From Octopus bimaculoides (lineage: Eukaryota), in the NCBI RefSeq assembly GCF_001194135.2, contig NC_068981.1, positions 159,745,958 through 159,809,957 on the forward strand: DNA of 64,000 nt, in the 5' to 3' direction. The first letter of the stretch is position 1, and every line of letters begins with the position of its first letter. The translations under genes and the position numbers were made by a program. Shown one piece after another: positions 40,100-53,033 of this stretch. A model generated the notes under the pieces. That model made no database searches. It saw nothing but the letters and a program-made list of their open reading frames with translations, and was not told the DNA's origin.

Positions 40100-41435
40100 C
40101 TTTGAAGAAAACATTATTTAATTTTGAGATAAAGATTGGTACTACATAAAATGTATCACTTTTAGTGTTGGGTTCCTACTGTTTACGTTTTTTGTTCTGT
40201 AAGAGAAAAAGAATATTTATGTACAAATCAAATTATAAAAACTTTTGAATGTCAATACAATAAAAAAAAAGTAGAAAACAAAAATTTAAGTTTCAAATTC
40301 ATGACCATCAACTATAACATCAATGTGTTGTTATACATACTGTCATGTCATTCACCATGTCTCAAGTAAATATTCTATTTCCCAGTCATGTCTTTTTTAT
40401 CTGAGGTTAGGCACTGATGGGTGACTGATTAAAAAAAAAATTATTTTACTTTTGTGTTGTGATAAGCAGAAGACATTGCAAGTGAGAAGTGTCACTTTCT
40501 CAACCAAACAATATTTGTACAACATATATGCTTATATTTATGAATGCAAACAACCACATGTATGCTAAAAGAAAAAGAAAATTAAAATAAAACCTAAAGC
40601 ATAATAATATGTTTTGTTTATAATCATATGGAAGATGTCAGTCACTTTGAAACACTGAACGACCAAACTGAGTATGCTACTGCTGTATGCACATAACTTT
40701 GGAATTGTCAAAGTAATATAAGTTAAGGCATCAGTACCTCCAACTCCCATTTCTTTTATGTGATGTTGTCAGTAAAACTAATATCCCACTGAGAAATATT
40801 CTGAATAATGTATTAAAAAAAATTTTAATAAAAAAAGCAAACAGAAAAAATTAAGCACAAAATGCAGACATTTTATATTTGTCTCTACTTAATTCATTTA
40901 TGTGAAATGAATAAATTTACTGAATATATAGTAGAGCCTCTATTAGTCAATGTTGGCCATACATCTATACATGTATGTGTAGACTTAGACAATAGTTTTT
41001 GAAGAAGATCAGCTGTTGCTCATGCAAGTAACTCTTCTCTCTCAATGTTACTGATTTTTATTTACCCAAGAGAAAGGCTACCAACTTGGATCAATACAGT
41101 TTGGTATCAGTGATCAGTACATTACAGGTATTAGTGACCCTTTAACAGCTCCACCAGTTTACTGTCCTGGATTGGGACATTTTATCAATGCTAAAATGAT
41201 GTAAAGCAAAGTTGGCCACGGAAGGACTTGAACTCAGAATATAGAGTCCAAGCAAATACTGTGAGGCATTCAAACCAACAGTCTCTGCCATTATGCCATT
41301 TAGGCAGTGAATTGGTAGAGATGTAGTAGAACACATCACACATTTAATTTAGCAACAGAAATCACCAATTCTATAAAATCAAAAAGACAATCATCATTGA
41401 ATGAAGCTGGTTTTTAAAAAAATTTTTACACCTAC

Positions 41436-41510
41436 CTTTTGAAATGCAAACATTTCACGAGCAAAACATGCAATATTAGTTACATGAAAGACAAGTCTAT
41501 ATGCTTTATT
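41436..41510 (-). CDS. Gene B exon NKAYRLVFHVTNIACFAREMFAFQK
   Basis: 75 nt; acceptor aatctctag, donor AAG|gtaggt; phase 0 to 0, open. Confidence 0.65.
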
Positions 41511-41862
41511 CTAGAGATTTTAGAGCTGAGAGTCAAAAGATCGTACTTGCTAGCTTTTCTGTTACAGGAGAAGAGTGTTTTAAATATATAGGTTCAGAAA
41601 TATCTATTCACCAAGCCTGTCCTTGAATTGGTTTGATGGCTTTGACTGACAATCTCCTTCTGTAACTAATTCCAGTTTGTTGTGGTTATTTCCAAGAAGG
41701 TTTACTATCTTATTAACTACTGCTGTGCCTTTTAAAATGATTACATGAATGAACTCATTTATGACAGGCAGTAATACAAAATATTGTTGTTTTATGGTTC
41801 AGTTTATATATATTATATCTCCCCTCTTTCATCAGTGGAATATCAAAAGGTAAATCAAGTAC

Positions 41863-41888
41863 CTTGAACCTAGTCTCATATAGCAGAC
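41863..41888 (-). CDS. Gene B small exon (S)LLYETRFK
   Basis: 26 nt; acceptor ctttaacag, weaker donor gtactt; phase 1 to 0, exactly bridging its neighbours. Confidence 0.55.
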
Positions 41889-42423
41889 CTGTTAAAGTTG
41901 GACATTGTTTGCAAGAATATTTTCTTGGTGACATTTGATCCCAAATTAATATTATAATTAAGTTACAGTCTCAATATAATCTTGAGTATTAAAAGTGTCT
42001 TGTTGTTGGTTATCATAAAATCTATTTTATTGTTCCATAATAGTTATTTTTATGGTACATTTTGTGTAACTGAAGGTCACAGCAACATTTTGATTTGACA
42101 TGTCACTGCCAGAGCTATTCTTATATGCAAGATAAGTACGATTACTAACATCTAAAGCTTGGAGACAAGTTGGAAATAAAAAATAGTTATAATATACAAT
42201 GTATAAATTTTATGACTTAAAAATTTTGTAATATTGCATTCTGAATAAGAAACAGAAAGTACTTGTTAATTAGCTTTTTTTAAAAATGATATACATTTGT
42301 GTGTGAACTAAAACTTCAAAAGTTGAAAGGTTTAATAAAGTTAGCTCACCGCATATCATATGTAAGTAAGTGCATTTGTACACGCATAACCATTGTTAGT
42401 TATAACTGACATCTCTCACTCAC

Positions 42424-42485
42424 TACTTTTTCTCCATATTTTATTCTGGAATTCTGGAAGAACAGACACGATTTTCTCTACAAGC
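42424..42485 (-). CDS. Gene B exon LVEKIVSVLPEFQNKIWRKS
   Basis: 62 nt; acceptor ttttaactgcacttaag, donor gtgagt; phase 2 to 1, continuing the previous exon. Confidence 0.65.
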
Positions 42486-42775
42486 CTTAAGTGCAGTTAA
42501 AAGAATGGCCTGGAGAACACTTCCATCGTTATTGACAGGAATGTACTACAAGTCCTCAACAATAAAGTACATATATAACATTAGTTTCATATTTTGGCTC
42601 AAGGCCAGCAGTTTAAGGGGAGGGAGTAAACTGATTACATCAACCCAAGTGCTTAACCGGTACTTATATTATCAAACCCAAAAGGATGAAAGCAAAGTTG
42701 GAATTTGAACTCAAAACAAAAAGACAGATGAAATGCTGCTAAGCATTTAGCCTAGCATGTGTGTGTGTGTATGTG

Positions 42776-42859
<84 letters not shown>

Positions 42860-45169
42860 GCCATGATAGATTGCTGGCTACTACATATTCTTTTTCTCTC
42901 TCCTTGTTTCTTTCCGTGTTCCTTTCTGTGGAAGAGCGTAGGCTCGAAACGTTAAAGACTTTTTCACTTTCTCACTTTCCGAGCGTTATACTAATACATC
43001 TGTTTGTTTTCTACACCACCTGTCTTCATCTTATGCTTTTTTTGTGACTTCTCCCTATATATATATATNNNNNNNNNNNNNNNNNNNNNNNNNNNNNNNN
43101 NNNNNNNNNNNNNNNNNNNNNNNNNNNNNNNNNNNNNNNNNNNNNNNNNNNNNNNNNNNNNNNNNNNNNNNNNNNNNNNNNNNNNNNNNNNNNNNNNNNN
43201 NNNNNNNNNNNNNNNNNNNNNNNNNNNNNNNNNNNNNNNNNNNNNNNNNNNNNNNNNNNNNNNNNNNNNNNNNNNNNNNNNNNNNNNNNNNNNNNNNNNN
43301 NNNNNNNNNNNNNNNNNNNNNNNNNNNNNNNNNNNNNNNNNNNNNNNNNNNNNNNNNNNNNNNNNNNNNNNNNNNNNNNNNNNNNNNNNNNNNNNNNNNN
43401 NNNNNNNNNNNNNNNNNNNNNNNNNNNNNNNNNNNNNNNNNNNNNNNNNNNNNNNNNNNNNNNNNNNNNNNNNNNNNNNNNNNNNNNNNNNNNNNNNNNN
43501 NNNNNNNNNNNNNNNNNNNNNNNNNNNNNNNNNNNNNNNNNNNNNNNNNNNNNNNNNNNNNNNNNNNNNNNNNNNNNNNNNNNNNNNNNNNNNNNNNNNN
43601 NNNNNNNNNNNNNNNNNNNNNNNNNNNNNNNNNNNNNNNNNNNNNNNNNNNNNNNNNNNNNNNNNNNNNNNNNNNNNNNNNNNNNNNNNNNNNNNNNNNN
43701 NNNNNNNNNNNNNNNNNNNNNNNNNNNNNNNNNNNNNNNNNNNNNNNNNNNNNNNNNNNNNNNNNNNNNNNNNNNNNNNNNNNNNNNNNNNNNNNNNNNN
43801 NNNNNNNNNNNNNNNNNNNNNNNNNNNNNNNNNNNNNNNNNNNNNNNNNNNNNNNNNNNNNNNNNNNNNNNNNNNNNNNNNNNNNNNNNNNNNNNNNNNN
43901 NNNNNNNNNNNNNNNNNNNNNNNNNNNNNNNNNNNNNNNNNNNNNNNNNNNNNNNNNNNNNNNNNNNNNNNNNNNNNNNNNNNNNNNNNNNNNNGACCTG
44001 TCTGTGCTGCTGCCATGTAAAAAGCACTCAGTCCACTCTCTTAAAGCCGTAAAAAATCATGCCAAAACAGACACAGAAATGAAGTGCAGCCTTCTACCTG
44101 GCCAGCTCCTGTTAAACCATCCAACCCATGCCAGCATGGAAGGCGGATGTTAAACAATGGTGATGATGATGATGATGATTGTTATCTATAATCCTAAATA
44201 AACCTACGATGTTACTTCAGAGTTAAAAATGTTTATTAGATTCAACCCTCTACCTAAGTAGAATTTACCTTTTGTCATTCCAGAGTGGATAAAACCAGTT
44301 AAATACTGGGGTTGAGTGAATCAAATACACTCATTCATTCAAAATATGACCCTATTCCTCTGCTAAATTTATTATTATTTATTTATTTATTTATTTTTCT
44401 TTGGCAGAATCAGTGAATTGAAGAAAAGGCCTTGTGGTATTTAGTTCTGCTATTTACATTTGGAGCTTAAATTCTTTTAAAGTCAGCTTTGCTTTCCAGC
44501 CTACTGGGGTCGATAAAATATTGTACTGATCAAGTACTGGACTTGATTTAATCGTCTAACCCCTCCCACCAAAATTCTAGCTTTGAATGCCTAAGCTAAA
44601 AACCATTACCATTCAGGACAAAAGAATAACAGGAGTGGTGAAGTGCCAGACTAAATGGTTTATGGTATATTAATTTTCCTTAGCATGAGAAAATATATTC
44701 TAAGTTTTTATAATACAATAGAAATAAACACTAATTTTAACTGCAATATGCATTTCTCATGATATACCAAAGTATCTTCCTTAAAAATTAGAGAATCATT
44801 TTTAGCTGATTCTCTAAAGTTGATTTTACTTTTCATCCTTTTGGGGTTGATGAAATAAGAACCAGTTGAGTACGGGGGTTGATATTATTGACTAGCCCTT
44901 TCCCCCCAAATGTCAGGTCTTGTGCTATAGTAGAAAGGACATTTCATCCAAATTTATCAAGTGATAAAGTGAAATAATAAATAAAATTCTCCTGCATTAT
45001 TATCAAGAGATTAATGGAAGTTTTTGTATAAAGCTTTGGGTTTTAGTTGAAAGAATATGACAGAATCCATTAGTGTTTTACAATGAAAAACAGTTTAACA
45101 ACCAAACCAAGAAAATTACATGATAAAAGAATTCTTTTCACTGTCTTCCATCAATTTTTATTCACTCAC

Positions 45170-45313
45170 ATAGATAGGAAAGTTTGATTATCTATATAGT
45201 GGTGCACTAATTGTTTAAATAGCTGGATGTTCTTATCATTAAGAATCCAGAACTGAACTTGTTTGCTGGTCAACAAACCTGAGATAAACTGACTTGTGAA
45301 CTTTGTCCAGGAA
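45170..45313 (-). CDS. Gene B exon SWTKFTSQFISGLLTSKQVQFWILNDKNIQLFKQLVHHYIDNQTFLS(M)
   Basis: Open frame ending at donor gtgagt (phase 2); acceptor could be at 45313, 45342 or 45349. Confidence 0.65.
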
Positions 45314-45738
45314 CTGAATATAATAGTTGTAATATAAAACTTCTGTTTACTGATCAAAGTAAGTCTGAGTAGACTATACTATACTAATGAGATCTAATAA
45401 AGCTGAAACACACCAATAGCCATCATCCAAATGACAACAAAGAACATTTTTTTTTTTCTAAGAATGAAAATTCAATTTTGCAAGGGAAACTGATTCATTA
45501 TTTCTTGAAATTATTTCCCCTTCTCTTTGAGATGTGCTAGTAATTACCACTAGGTTTTTGTTTTCTTTCTTCAACTAAAAAGTAAATTTCAATTAGTTAA
45601 GAATTTTTTGGCATATGTCATTCAGAACATCACTGCCTAGCTAAATTTGAACTCGTGACTATGTAATCAGTACTCTAGCACCCCTCACTCCACAGTCACA
45701 GTACAACATACTTTATATAGTTTTAAAAATGTACTCAC

Positions 45739-45767
45739 AATAATTTTTGAACTAGATACTTTAAAAT
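45739..45767 (-). CDS. Gene B candidate exon (ILKYLVQKLF in phase 0 to 2, or xFKVSSSKII in phase 1 to 0)
   Basis: 29 nt; strong acceptor tcttctttttcag and donor gtgagt; reading frame is ambiguous. Confidence 0.55.
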
Positions 45768-46474
45768 CTGAAAAAGAAGATTCTGCTTTCCTCCTAAAAC
45801 GTAAAAAACAAAACAAAACAATATATACATACATACATATATATATATATNNNNNNNNNNNNNNNNNNNNNNNNNNNNNNNNNNNNNNNNNNNNNNNNNN
45901 NNNNNNNNNNNNNNNNNNNNNNNNNNNNNNNNNNNNNNNNNNNNNNNNNNNNNNNNNNNNNNNNNNNNNNNNNNNNNNNNNNNNNNNNNNNNNNNNNNNN
46001 NNNNNNNNNNNNNNNNNNNNNNNNNNNNNNNNNNNNNNNNNNNNNNNNNNNNNNNNNNNNNNNNNNNNNNNNNNNNNNNNNNNNNNNNNNNNNNNNNNNN
46101 NNNNNNNNNNNNNNNNNNNNNNNATAACAAAGATGAAATCTAACGAAATTCTAAGGATTTAATGATAGTTATGTATGTGTTTTTTCGTGTTTTGTTCGAA
46201 TGGTAACCACTCCTGAAGAAGTGCCAAATGTCTAAATCCAATGGACCAGTCACTGGATAAGTTTGGCACATAAATGTTAACATAGAGTGGTGAATAAATC
46301 TATATATCGAATTTGAAGTCTCTGTCTCTTTTGAATATGAAAATTTAAAAGTTAAAAACCTTATAATATAAATATAAACTGTGAGAACGACCCTTAAGGA
46401 ATCTAGTTAATGATCCCCTAAGGTAAGTTCTTATGCTATATTAGTAACGGTTGCTACATCCTCTGGAAAACTAT

Positions 46475-46513
<39 letters not shown>

Positions 46514-48400
46514 ATATATAGATGAGCATGTACATTATATGTATATAAAATCATCATAATTTAACATACACTTACCTATGCTTGCATGGGTCAGACAGAA
46601 TTTGTTGGGACAGATTTTCTATGGCTGGATGCCATTCCTGTTGCCAACCCTTACCTGTTACTAAGCAAAGTAATATTTCCCCATGGTTGAATGTGATTTC
46701 CACAAAAGAATGGAAACAAACAACATTGCTTGAATGATGGTGATGCTCATTTCCAACCAACATAAAATATCAAGACAAGGTTACACACACACACACACAC
46801 ACACAAAACAGGCAGCTTTCTGTTTCCATCTCCTAAATCCACTCGTGCCTTGGTCAGCTTGGGACTGTAGTGGAATACACTGGCCCAAAGTGTCATGCAG
46901 TGGGACTGAACTTGAGACCACATGGTTAGGAAGCAAGCTTCTCAACAAGACAACCAGGACTTAGTCTATTCATAATTCAATTAGAATAATTTAGTTCCTA
47001 ACAAGATGAAAATTAAGTATTGTCCTTAGCTAAGTAGAAATACAGCAGCTTTTTAAGAGCAGGCATGGCTGTGTAGTTAAGCAGTTTGCTTCCCAACCAC
47101 AGGGTTTCTGGTTCAGTCACACTATGTGGAACCTTGGGCAAGTATCTTCTACTATAGCCATGTAGCAATCAATGCCTTGTAAGTGGAATTAGTAGCTGGA
47201 AACTAAAAGCCTATTATATGTGTGTGTGTCCCACTACTACTTGACAATTGGTGTTGGTTTGTTTATGTCCTGGTAACTTAGCAGTTTGGTAAAAGACACT
47301 CACAAAATAAGTACCTAACTTCAAAAATATAGGTACTGTGGTGGATTTGTTTGACTAAAACCTTCTAGGTGGTGCCCCAGTGTGGATGCAGTCCATTGAT
47401 TGAAACAGGTAAAAGATAAAAGAAAATGATAAATGGAAACTGTATGAAAGCTTGCTGTGTTTGTGCATGTGAGAGAGAGAGAGTCTTCACACCAGCACCA
47501 TTTCATGACTTTGTTTATGTCTCCCATGAACAAAATGCCTGGTGGTACTTCAGTGAACAAAAATGTGGTATAAATACCTAACTTGAAAAGCAGTTAAAAG
47601 TTGATACCAAGAAGAGCATCTGGCTATAGAATACTGTCTTAAGATCTTTTGTCCAACCCATCCAAAAGGAAGAAGATGTATGTACCATATTTTCTCACAT
47701 GCAAGTCAAATTTTTTAGATCAAAATTTACAGCAAAGAAATACAGGTTGACTTATACCCCAAGTATATGTGAAATGAAGTAGAATTTGGAAAGATAGTGA
47801 TGATGTTTGAATGTTTACATTACATATGACATTAACTTGTAAGCAAGAAAATACAGTAAAAAGAAAACATTACAAATTTCATAATTACCCTGCTTCAATA
47901 ATTTTTAAAAAATACATGTGCAGGAATGACTGTGTGGTTAAGAAGCCATGTGGTTTTGGGTTCAGTCCCTTTGTATGACACTTTGGGCAAGTGTCTTTTA
48001 TTACATCTTGAATTTTTCCCCAAGGCAAACCACAGTAGAAATGGCCTTTTTATTGGTTGGATATGTCGCAAATATATTTGAAATGATTAAAAAATTTGTT
48101 TATTTCACAACAATACTTTGCATGCCAACCATGTATTTTGTCATGGCCTAGAAGCCACAGCACACAATCTGAAGATGATTTATACTGATTTCTTAGAAGG
48201 AAGCAAAAGTTCCAGTCATTTCAGAGTTGTCCCTCTTGGTATCTAATACTGATGAGAGCATATAAAGATCAAAATGCGTATCCTACTTCATAGGAAGCTC
48301 TCTAAAATAACTTCAGTGTTTTACACTTTTTGTCTAAAGTGAGAACTTTTCTCCCTAGCAAACTGCAGTGAAACTGGCTGTTTTACAAGTCAAATATGTC

Positions 48401-48419
48401 TCAAACATATTTGAACTGC
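48401..48419 (-). CDS. CDK10: Possible final CDK10 coding exon (K)QFKYV* after a 104-nt intron
   Basis: Donor AA|gtaaga (48523) and acceptor acatttttcag (48420) join in phase 2; AATAAA on the minus strand at 48099-48104. Confidence 0.5.
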
Positions 48420-48519
48420 CTGAAAAATGTGTTTATTTAAAAATTACTTTTATTTTAATTTACTGAATATTAGAGATAGAAATATAACCAAAAAAAATTC
48501 GATAAAAGTTGTCAATATC

Positions 48520-48602
48520 TTACTTCTCTTCAATTTTTCTAGGTGCAGCTCTTCTCTTCAGACGGTGCTGTGGAAATGATGGCATCATGCCTGGATCACA
48601 TG
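48520..48602 (-). CDS. CDK10: CDK10 C-terminal exon CDPGMMPSFPQHRLKRRAAPRKIEEK*
   Basis: Acceptor atacttccag, phase 1; in-frame TAA at 48522-48520 overlaps a gtaaga donor at 48523. Confidence 0.9.
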
Positions 48603-48684
48603 CTGGAAGTATAATATTATGGAACAGTGCTTAATGATTTAAAAGAATATAAAAAAAATAGCAGAATATACTTTAAAATTTAAA

Positions 48685-48685
<1 letters not shown>

Positions 48686-48768
<83 letters not shown>
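48686..48768. repeat. (AAT)n microsatellite
   Basis: Directly visible uninterrupted run. Confidence 0.98.
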
Positions 48769-48770
<2 letters not shown>

Positions 48771-49010
48771 TAATAAGGTGCCTTAGGTATAATAAAAAAT
48801 ATTCAGACAAATACATAACAAAAACACCAGGACTTACAAATATATATAACATACAGAAAATTGCACTACTGGGCACTGCACACATCCTACATAAAACACT
48901 TTCAATACAGTAACCATAAGAGCATCACAGCAAACCACAGCACATACCCAAGGCACACAGAGCTGCGCTCGGTAGTGAAGTGAAAGCACGTTATAAAAAT
49001 AAAACTACTG
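48771..49010 (+). mobile_element. 5'-truncated R4/Dong-clade non-LTR element inside a (TAA)n microsatellite
   Basis: YSDKYITKTPGLTNIYNIQKIALLGTAHILHKTLSIQ* (stop 48911-48913); (AAT)n on both sides. Confidence 0.75.
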
Positions 49011-49519
49011 AATAATAACAATAATAATAATAATAATAATAACAATCATCGTCGTTTTAAGGTCTACTTTTCCAACCATAATCAATCAACCATAATACTG
49101 TTTCAAATATTTGTAGCCCTTAGTCAAAGACGACTGTGAGTAATGTAGGGAAGCAGACATCCAGAAGATCTGGCTATATGGAAACTGAACTGGAGGAGAT
49201 CATTGGGAGGGATTGAAACTAAAGGTTATAAAGCAGGCAGTCATTTATGTCAGCCTACATTATATATGAGATCTTAGAACTGAAGATAGTAAGTTGGTAG
49301 CTAGCAGAGTCAGAAAGATTATATTTTGGAAGAGTATGAGATACATCAATGTAAATAGGATAGGTGAGTTATTATTAATTATGAATACATGATTTGTGGA
49401 GACAAAACTGTAATACTTTCAATACTCAACACCAAACAAACAGCAATCAAATAATACTTTTAGTACAAAATGAATGATAATTTATTTATTTATCGATTTA
49501 TTTATATGGGATTTGACTA

Positions 49520-50375
49520 CAGAGAACATGTGACAGCTTTTAAGAAATGAAAATAGCATGCTTTGCTAGATGGTTAATGTCAGTGTGCATGTATGACAAA
49601 CTGTAAATAATTTAAAAGAAAAATTGGGTATAACAGGCAACAGATGTAGTGTGCAAGAGAGAAAATTGTGCTGGTGTGGTCATATGAGGCATATGGATGA
49701 GTACAGCCACATAAAGAAATACCAAACTCTAATTATGGGGGAACCAGTGGAAGACCTAGGAAGATGTGAGACAAAGTGGTGAGAAAGGATTTTCAGATGT
49801 TGAGCCTCCCTGAGGAGATGACAAGGGACCAAGACTTCTGGCAAATTGTTGTGCTTGAGAAGACATGTTGAGCTAAGTAAAATATATAAAGACAAGCATG
49901 TTCTTTACAGTTGTCTCCCACTCTCTCTCTCAGCCAAGAATCTTGGTCTTGCAAGCTTGTGGGTGCTGGTGCCACATAGAAAACACCTGTTTCCGTGCCA
50001 TGTAAAAAGCACTTATACCAGTGTCACATAAAAAATACCTGTGCTGGTTCAACATAAAAATCGTCCATGCTGGTGCCATATAGAAAACACCCATGCCAGT
50101 GCCACATAGAAAGTACCTGTACCGGTGCTACATGGAAAACACTTGTGCCAGTGCCATGTAGAAAGTACCCATGCCAGTGCCACATAATAGCACTGGTGCT
50201 GGTGCCACATAAAAAGCACACAGTACATTCTATAAAATGGTTAACATTGGGAAGGGCATCCAGTCATAGAATCTATGCCAAAACAGACAATTAGAGCTTG
50301 GTGCAGCTCTCTGGCAAGCCAGCTCCTGTCACACCATCCAATCCATGCTGGCATAGAAAACAAACATTAAATGAT
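49520..50375 (+). mobile_element. Old RTE LINE 3' fragment with an expanded tandem-repeat tail
   Basis: Decayed RT end followed by many ~22-nt gtgccacataaaaagcaccc-type units and the aggaagggcatccag...(gat)n tail. Confidence 0.7.
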
Positions 50376-50567
50376 GATGATGGTATCACTAATGTCAAGT
50401 TTTTGTTTTCTAAGTTCAGTCAGTTGTAGACCTTTATAATTAATGGATGAGATAATGTAGCACTAGTAAAGCAAAAGTTGCTTCACTATAATTATTTCAG
50501 TACCTCAATGTCTGGGTTTCATATCTTACAAAGATTCACTGTTTTTCATTTCCCCTGAAATGTAGTA

Positions 50568-50903
50568 CAGGTACTGAACCTCTTATCCGGCAACCTTGGG
50601 ACCGGAGGTGATCCGGATTCCTGGATTTTCCGGATTTCTGGACACAGGCTAAATATATAATAAATATAAAATAAACAACGAAAAGTAAAGAACAAACTTG
50701 TATAACATTTACAAATTAATACATTTCTAAAGCAGGGTCTGCTTGATCTTTATTAAGCCACTTAAAAATTCTTAAAACCAAGTCAAAGCAGCCATGCAGC
50801 GAACTGCTACAGCCCGTTAAATTCAAAGCTAGTCAGTTTCAAAAATAGCCAGATTTCTGCTAATTCTGGATTTCTGGATTCCGGATAAGAGGTTTGGTAC
50901 CTG
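50568..50903. mobile_element. Tc1/pogo-type MITE in a CDK10 intron
   Basis: TA|caggtactgaacctcttatccgg ... ccggataagaggtttggtacctg|TA; 23-bp TIR with 2 mismatches. Confidence 0.85.
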
Positions 50904-51225
50904 TAACATAATTGCCGATAATATACAAGAAAAATAATCAAATTTTCTTAACTAATCCCTTTTTTTTGTATTTAAAGAAATCAATTATTATGAATCTATT
51001 GAATTAATTCAAAGTGCATAGTAATTTTACGTGAAATTAATAACCTCAGTTCAATTCTTACCAAACCCCAAATGATTAGGAATGGTGTGCATTTTCCAAG
51101 ATATTGTAGAATGGAAAAAGAAAAATTCTACAAGCACTTTATCAGAGTTTTTACACTGATCCCCACCAAAAATGGAATTTATTACTGAAGAGTAATTGAT
51201 ATATTTTAGTAACAAATATACATAC

Positions 51226-51278
51226 GGTATGGCTGTTCCTTGAAGTAAGAACTCTCAAGGCAATCTTCAGCAGTGGCC
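51226..51278 (-). CDS. CDK10: CDK10 exon ATAEDCLESSYFKEQPY(P)
   Basis: 53 nt; acceptor ttttatttctag, donor gtatg; phase 2 to 1. Confidence 0.95.
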
Positions 51279-51952
51279 CTAGAAATAAAAATGTTGCCAA
51301 GAAATAGAAATTTGAAATTGATATTAATAATGATTATCATTCCATTAAAGATAGTTGTGAATAATTTTTATATATACACCTTATAAGATTACACACACAC
51401 ACACATAGATGTATGTTATAATAACCCTACAAAGTGGATTACATACTGATACACAACTCCAAGATTCATTCAATTAGAACGACCTTTACAATCTTGCAAA
51501 AATTTTGACTGTTATATATTCTTCTATCAAAGCCCTATGCTGACCAATGTCTTTAAAGTAGAATTTAGTAGACAAAAACTGAGCAAAAACCTGTCATATG
51601 AATAGATTTGTTAATCACTGTTTCTCTATATCAGTAGAGGCCAAATTTGTCTAAGCATGCAGTTGATAGTGAATACTCGTAACTGATGATACACAAAGAT
51701 GCAGAAATCTAGACTTAGTACTGTGACTGCTGCTGCTGGACGATTTTCATCTGCTACTGATATATGTCTGTGCTTTATAGCACTATTCATCTATATGTGA
51801 TGTTTTCTCGAGATGAATACCACAGTTTTAAGGCTTTCTACATGATATCCATGTTAAGTAAGGTATACAGACTGCTATTCTGAACAAATACTGCTTCCAT
51901 CACTAATAACAAATAAAATAAATATAAAAGAATAAGTTTTGTAAATTCTTAC

Positions 51953-52042
51953 CTCTTATTTGGGTCATACATGAACAAGAAATTCAAAAGACGTATACCT
52001 GCTTCAGAGAGCCATGGAAAAGTATGACGTAGATTGTTGTAA
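51953..52042 (-). CDS. CDK10: CDK10 exon [29 protein letters not shown](R)
   Basis: 90 nt; acceptor tttcttaaag, donor gtaag; phase 2 to 2; [23 protein letters not shown] is a CDK10 signature. Confidence 0.96.
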
Positions 52043-53033
52043 CTTTAAGAAAGATAAAATAAGAAACAAACTGAAGCAATTAAAATCTTTTTTAAAATAA
52101 ATAAAATTTCTATAAATAATACAACATTATTTATAAATATGCTAAATTGTATGTCAGTCTTACTTGATATATAGGAACTTGTGTATACAAACAATGTGTA
52201 TACAAAAGGTGTAGTGAGATTTGTGGCTGACTGACAGAGAATTAAGATTTCACATGTAAAAGATAAACAAGGAATTCATGGTAGATGACTTTTGAAAATA
52301 CGTCCAAGAGTTGTTCAGGTGGTTTTTGACAATTTCAATAAAATAACCAGACATTCCTGGAATTAATAATTAGCTGCTGGAAACAGGTAGCCAACCATTA
52401 TTTCATAACTGAATAATTTCAGTCTAATGATAAAAAAGAGAGAAAAAAAGGTCATAAGAGTGCCTTTGCAAGTACCTGGAATTCTCAGTAGGGTATCTAA
52501 CTGAAAATTCCACCACCATCATCATCATCATCATCATTTAATGTCCGTTGTCCATGCTGGCATAGGTTGCATGGTTTGACTAGAGCTGGCAAGTTGGGGA
52601 GCTGCACCAGACTCCAGTCTGATTTGGCATGGTTTCTATGGCTGGATACCCTTCCTAATGCCAACCATTTTATAGAGTGTGCTGGGTGCGTTTATGTGAC
52701 ATTGCTTGGTTGCTCTTAGATGGTTCCACATGGGCACTTTTACGCGACACCGCACGGGCACTTTTTTTGTGTGGCACCACCTGGACACTTTTATGTGATG
52801 CAGCAAAGGTGCTTTTACATGACACCATCACGAGTGCTTTACACCACCAGTAGGATCAGTCTTAAGACTTCTGCTGTGGGGTACAAGTTTTGTTGAGTAC
52901 GGCCAGGTACCAGGTATTTCTGTCCTTTGTCATATTGCCTGAAAGGTTCAGCTTCTTGAGATCTGACATCTCATTTTAACAGATATATTTACTAAAATTA
53001 CATAAAAATATCTTGAAATACTAAAGAGTAAAT

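Noticed and set aside
49985-50215. Repeat-spacer-like array that might suggest CRISPR
   Set aside because: Degenerate tandem units without unique spacers, inside an RTE 3' tail in eukaryotic DNA
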